Positions 63,943-64,000 of a DNA stretch of 64,000 nucleotides are shown piece after piece. The notes beneath the pieces were generated by a model. That model was not told where the DNA came from. It ran no database searches and saw only the letters and a list, made by a program, of their open reading frames with translations. The translations under genes were made by a program, and so were the position numbers. The stretch is from Chthoniobacteraceae bacterium (GTDB taxonomy: Bacteria > Verrucomicrobiota > Verrucomicrobiia > Chthoniobacterales > Chthoniobacteraceae): the NCBI GenBank assembly GCA_031409655.1, contig JANNXQ010000130.1:1-64000 (forward strand), given 5' to 3'. Numbering within the stretch: position 1 is the stretch's first letter; every line of letters begins with the position of its first letter.

Positions 63943-63980
63943 GAACATCGAACATCGAACATCGAACGCTGAGCCTCGAA
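63943..63980. repeat. 7-nt tandem repeat (GAACATC x3 plus degenerate units); any partner arm would lie outside the window
   Basis: gaacatc gaacatc gaacatc gaacgct gagcctc gaa. Confidence 0.75.
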
Positions 63981-64000
63981 CTGGCGGCGCGTCGGTCGGC

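Overview
High-GC bacterial chromosomal window, gene-dense and mostly housekeeping (ychF, ndk-like, class I/II aminotransferase, purH, pdxJ, UbiD-family decarboxylase, trpD, xerD, purC, pabB, trxB). The gene content (DUF1800/DUF1501 pair, multi-haem cytochrome c, tandem Deg proteases) suggests a Verrucomicrobiota/PVC organism; this is inference. No rRNA, tRNA or CRISPR array was recognised. Main observations: (1) A complete ~1.32 kb IS110-family element (19249-20570, minus strand). Its upstream non-coding end reads as a bridge RNA: two stem-loops whose loop segments match the element's own ends (donor ACGGTAT-CT-TGTGT, 9/9 and 8/8) and, less well, the flanking target (GGAACGG-CT-AGTTT, 10/14). 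The reconstructed empty site is a hairpin. (2) A five-gene module: PspA/IM30 (ESCRT-III-like) plus an adjacent AAA+ ATPase, converging on a solute-binding/vWA lipoprotein, a paralogous solute-binding protein and a TM/coiled-coil protein. This is a candidate membrane-remodelling or envelope-stress system. (3) Several families of REP/REPIN palindromes and 7/9-nt inverted tandem repeats, one inserted in frame inside the UbiD gene. (4) An MNT-HEPN toxin-antitoxin pair inside an amino-sugar biosynthesis operon. (5) Several apparent pseudo-enzymes: an active/dead Deg protease pair, a dead ABC ATPase coupled to an HpnD-like synthase, and a two-domain NDK. All family assignments come from motifs read by eye, with no database search.
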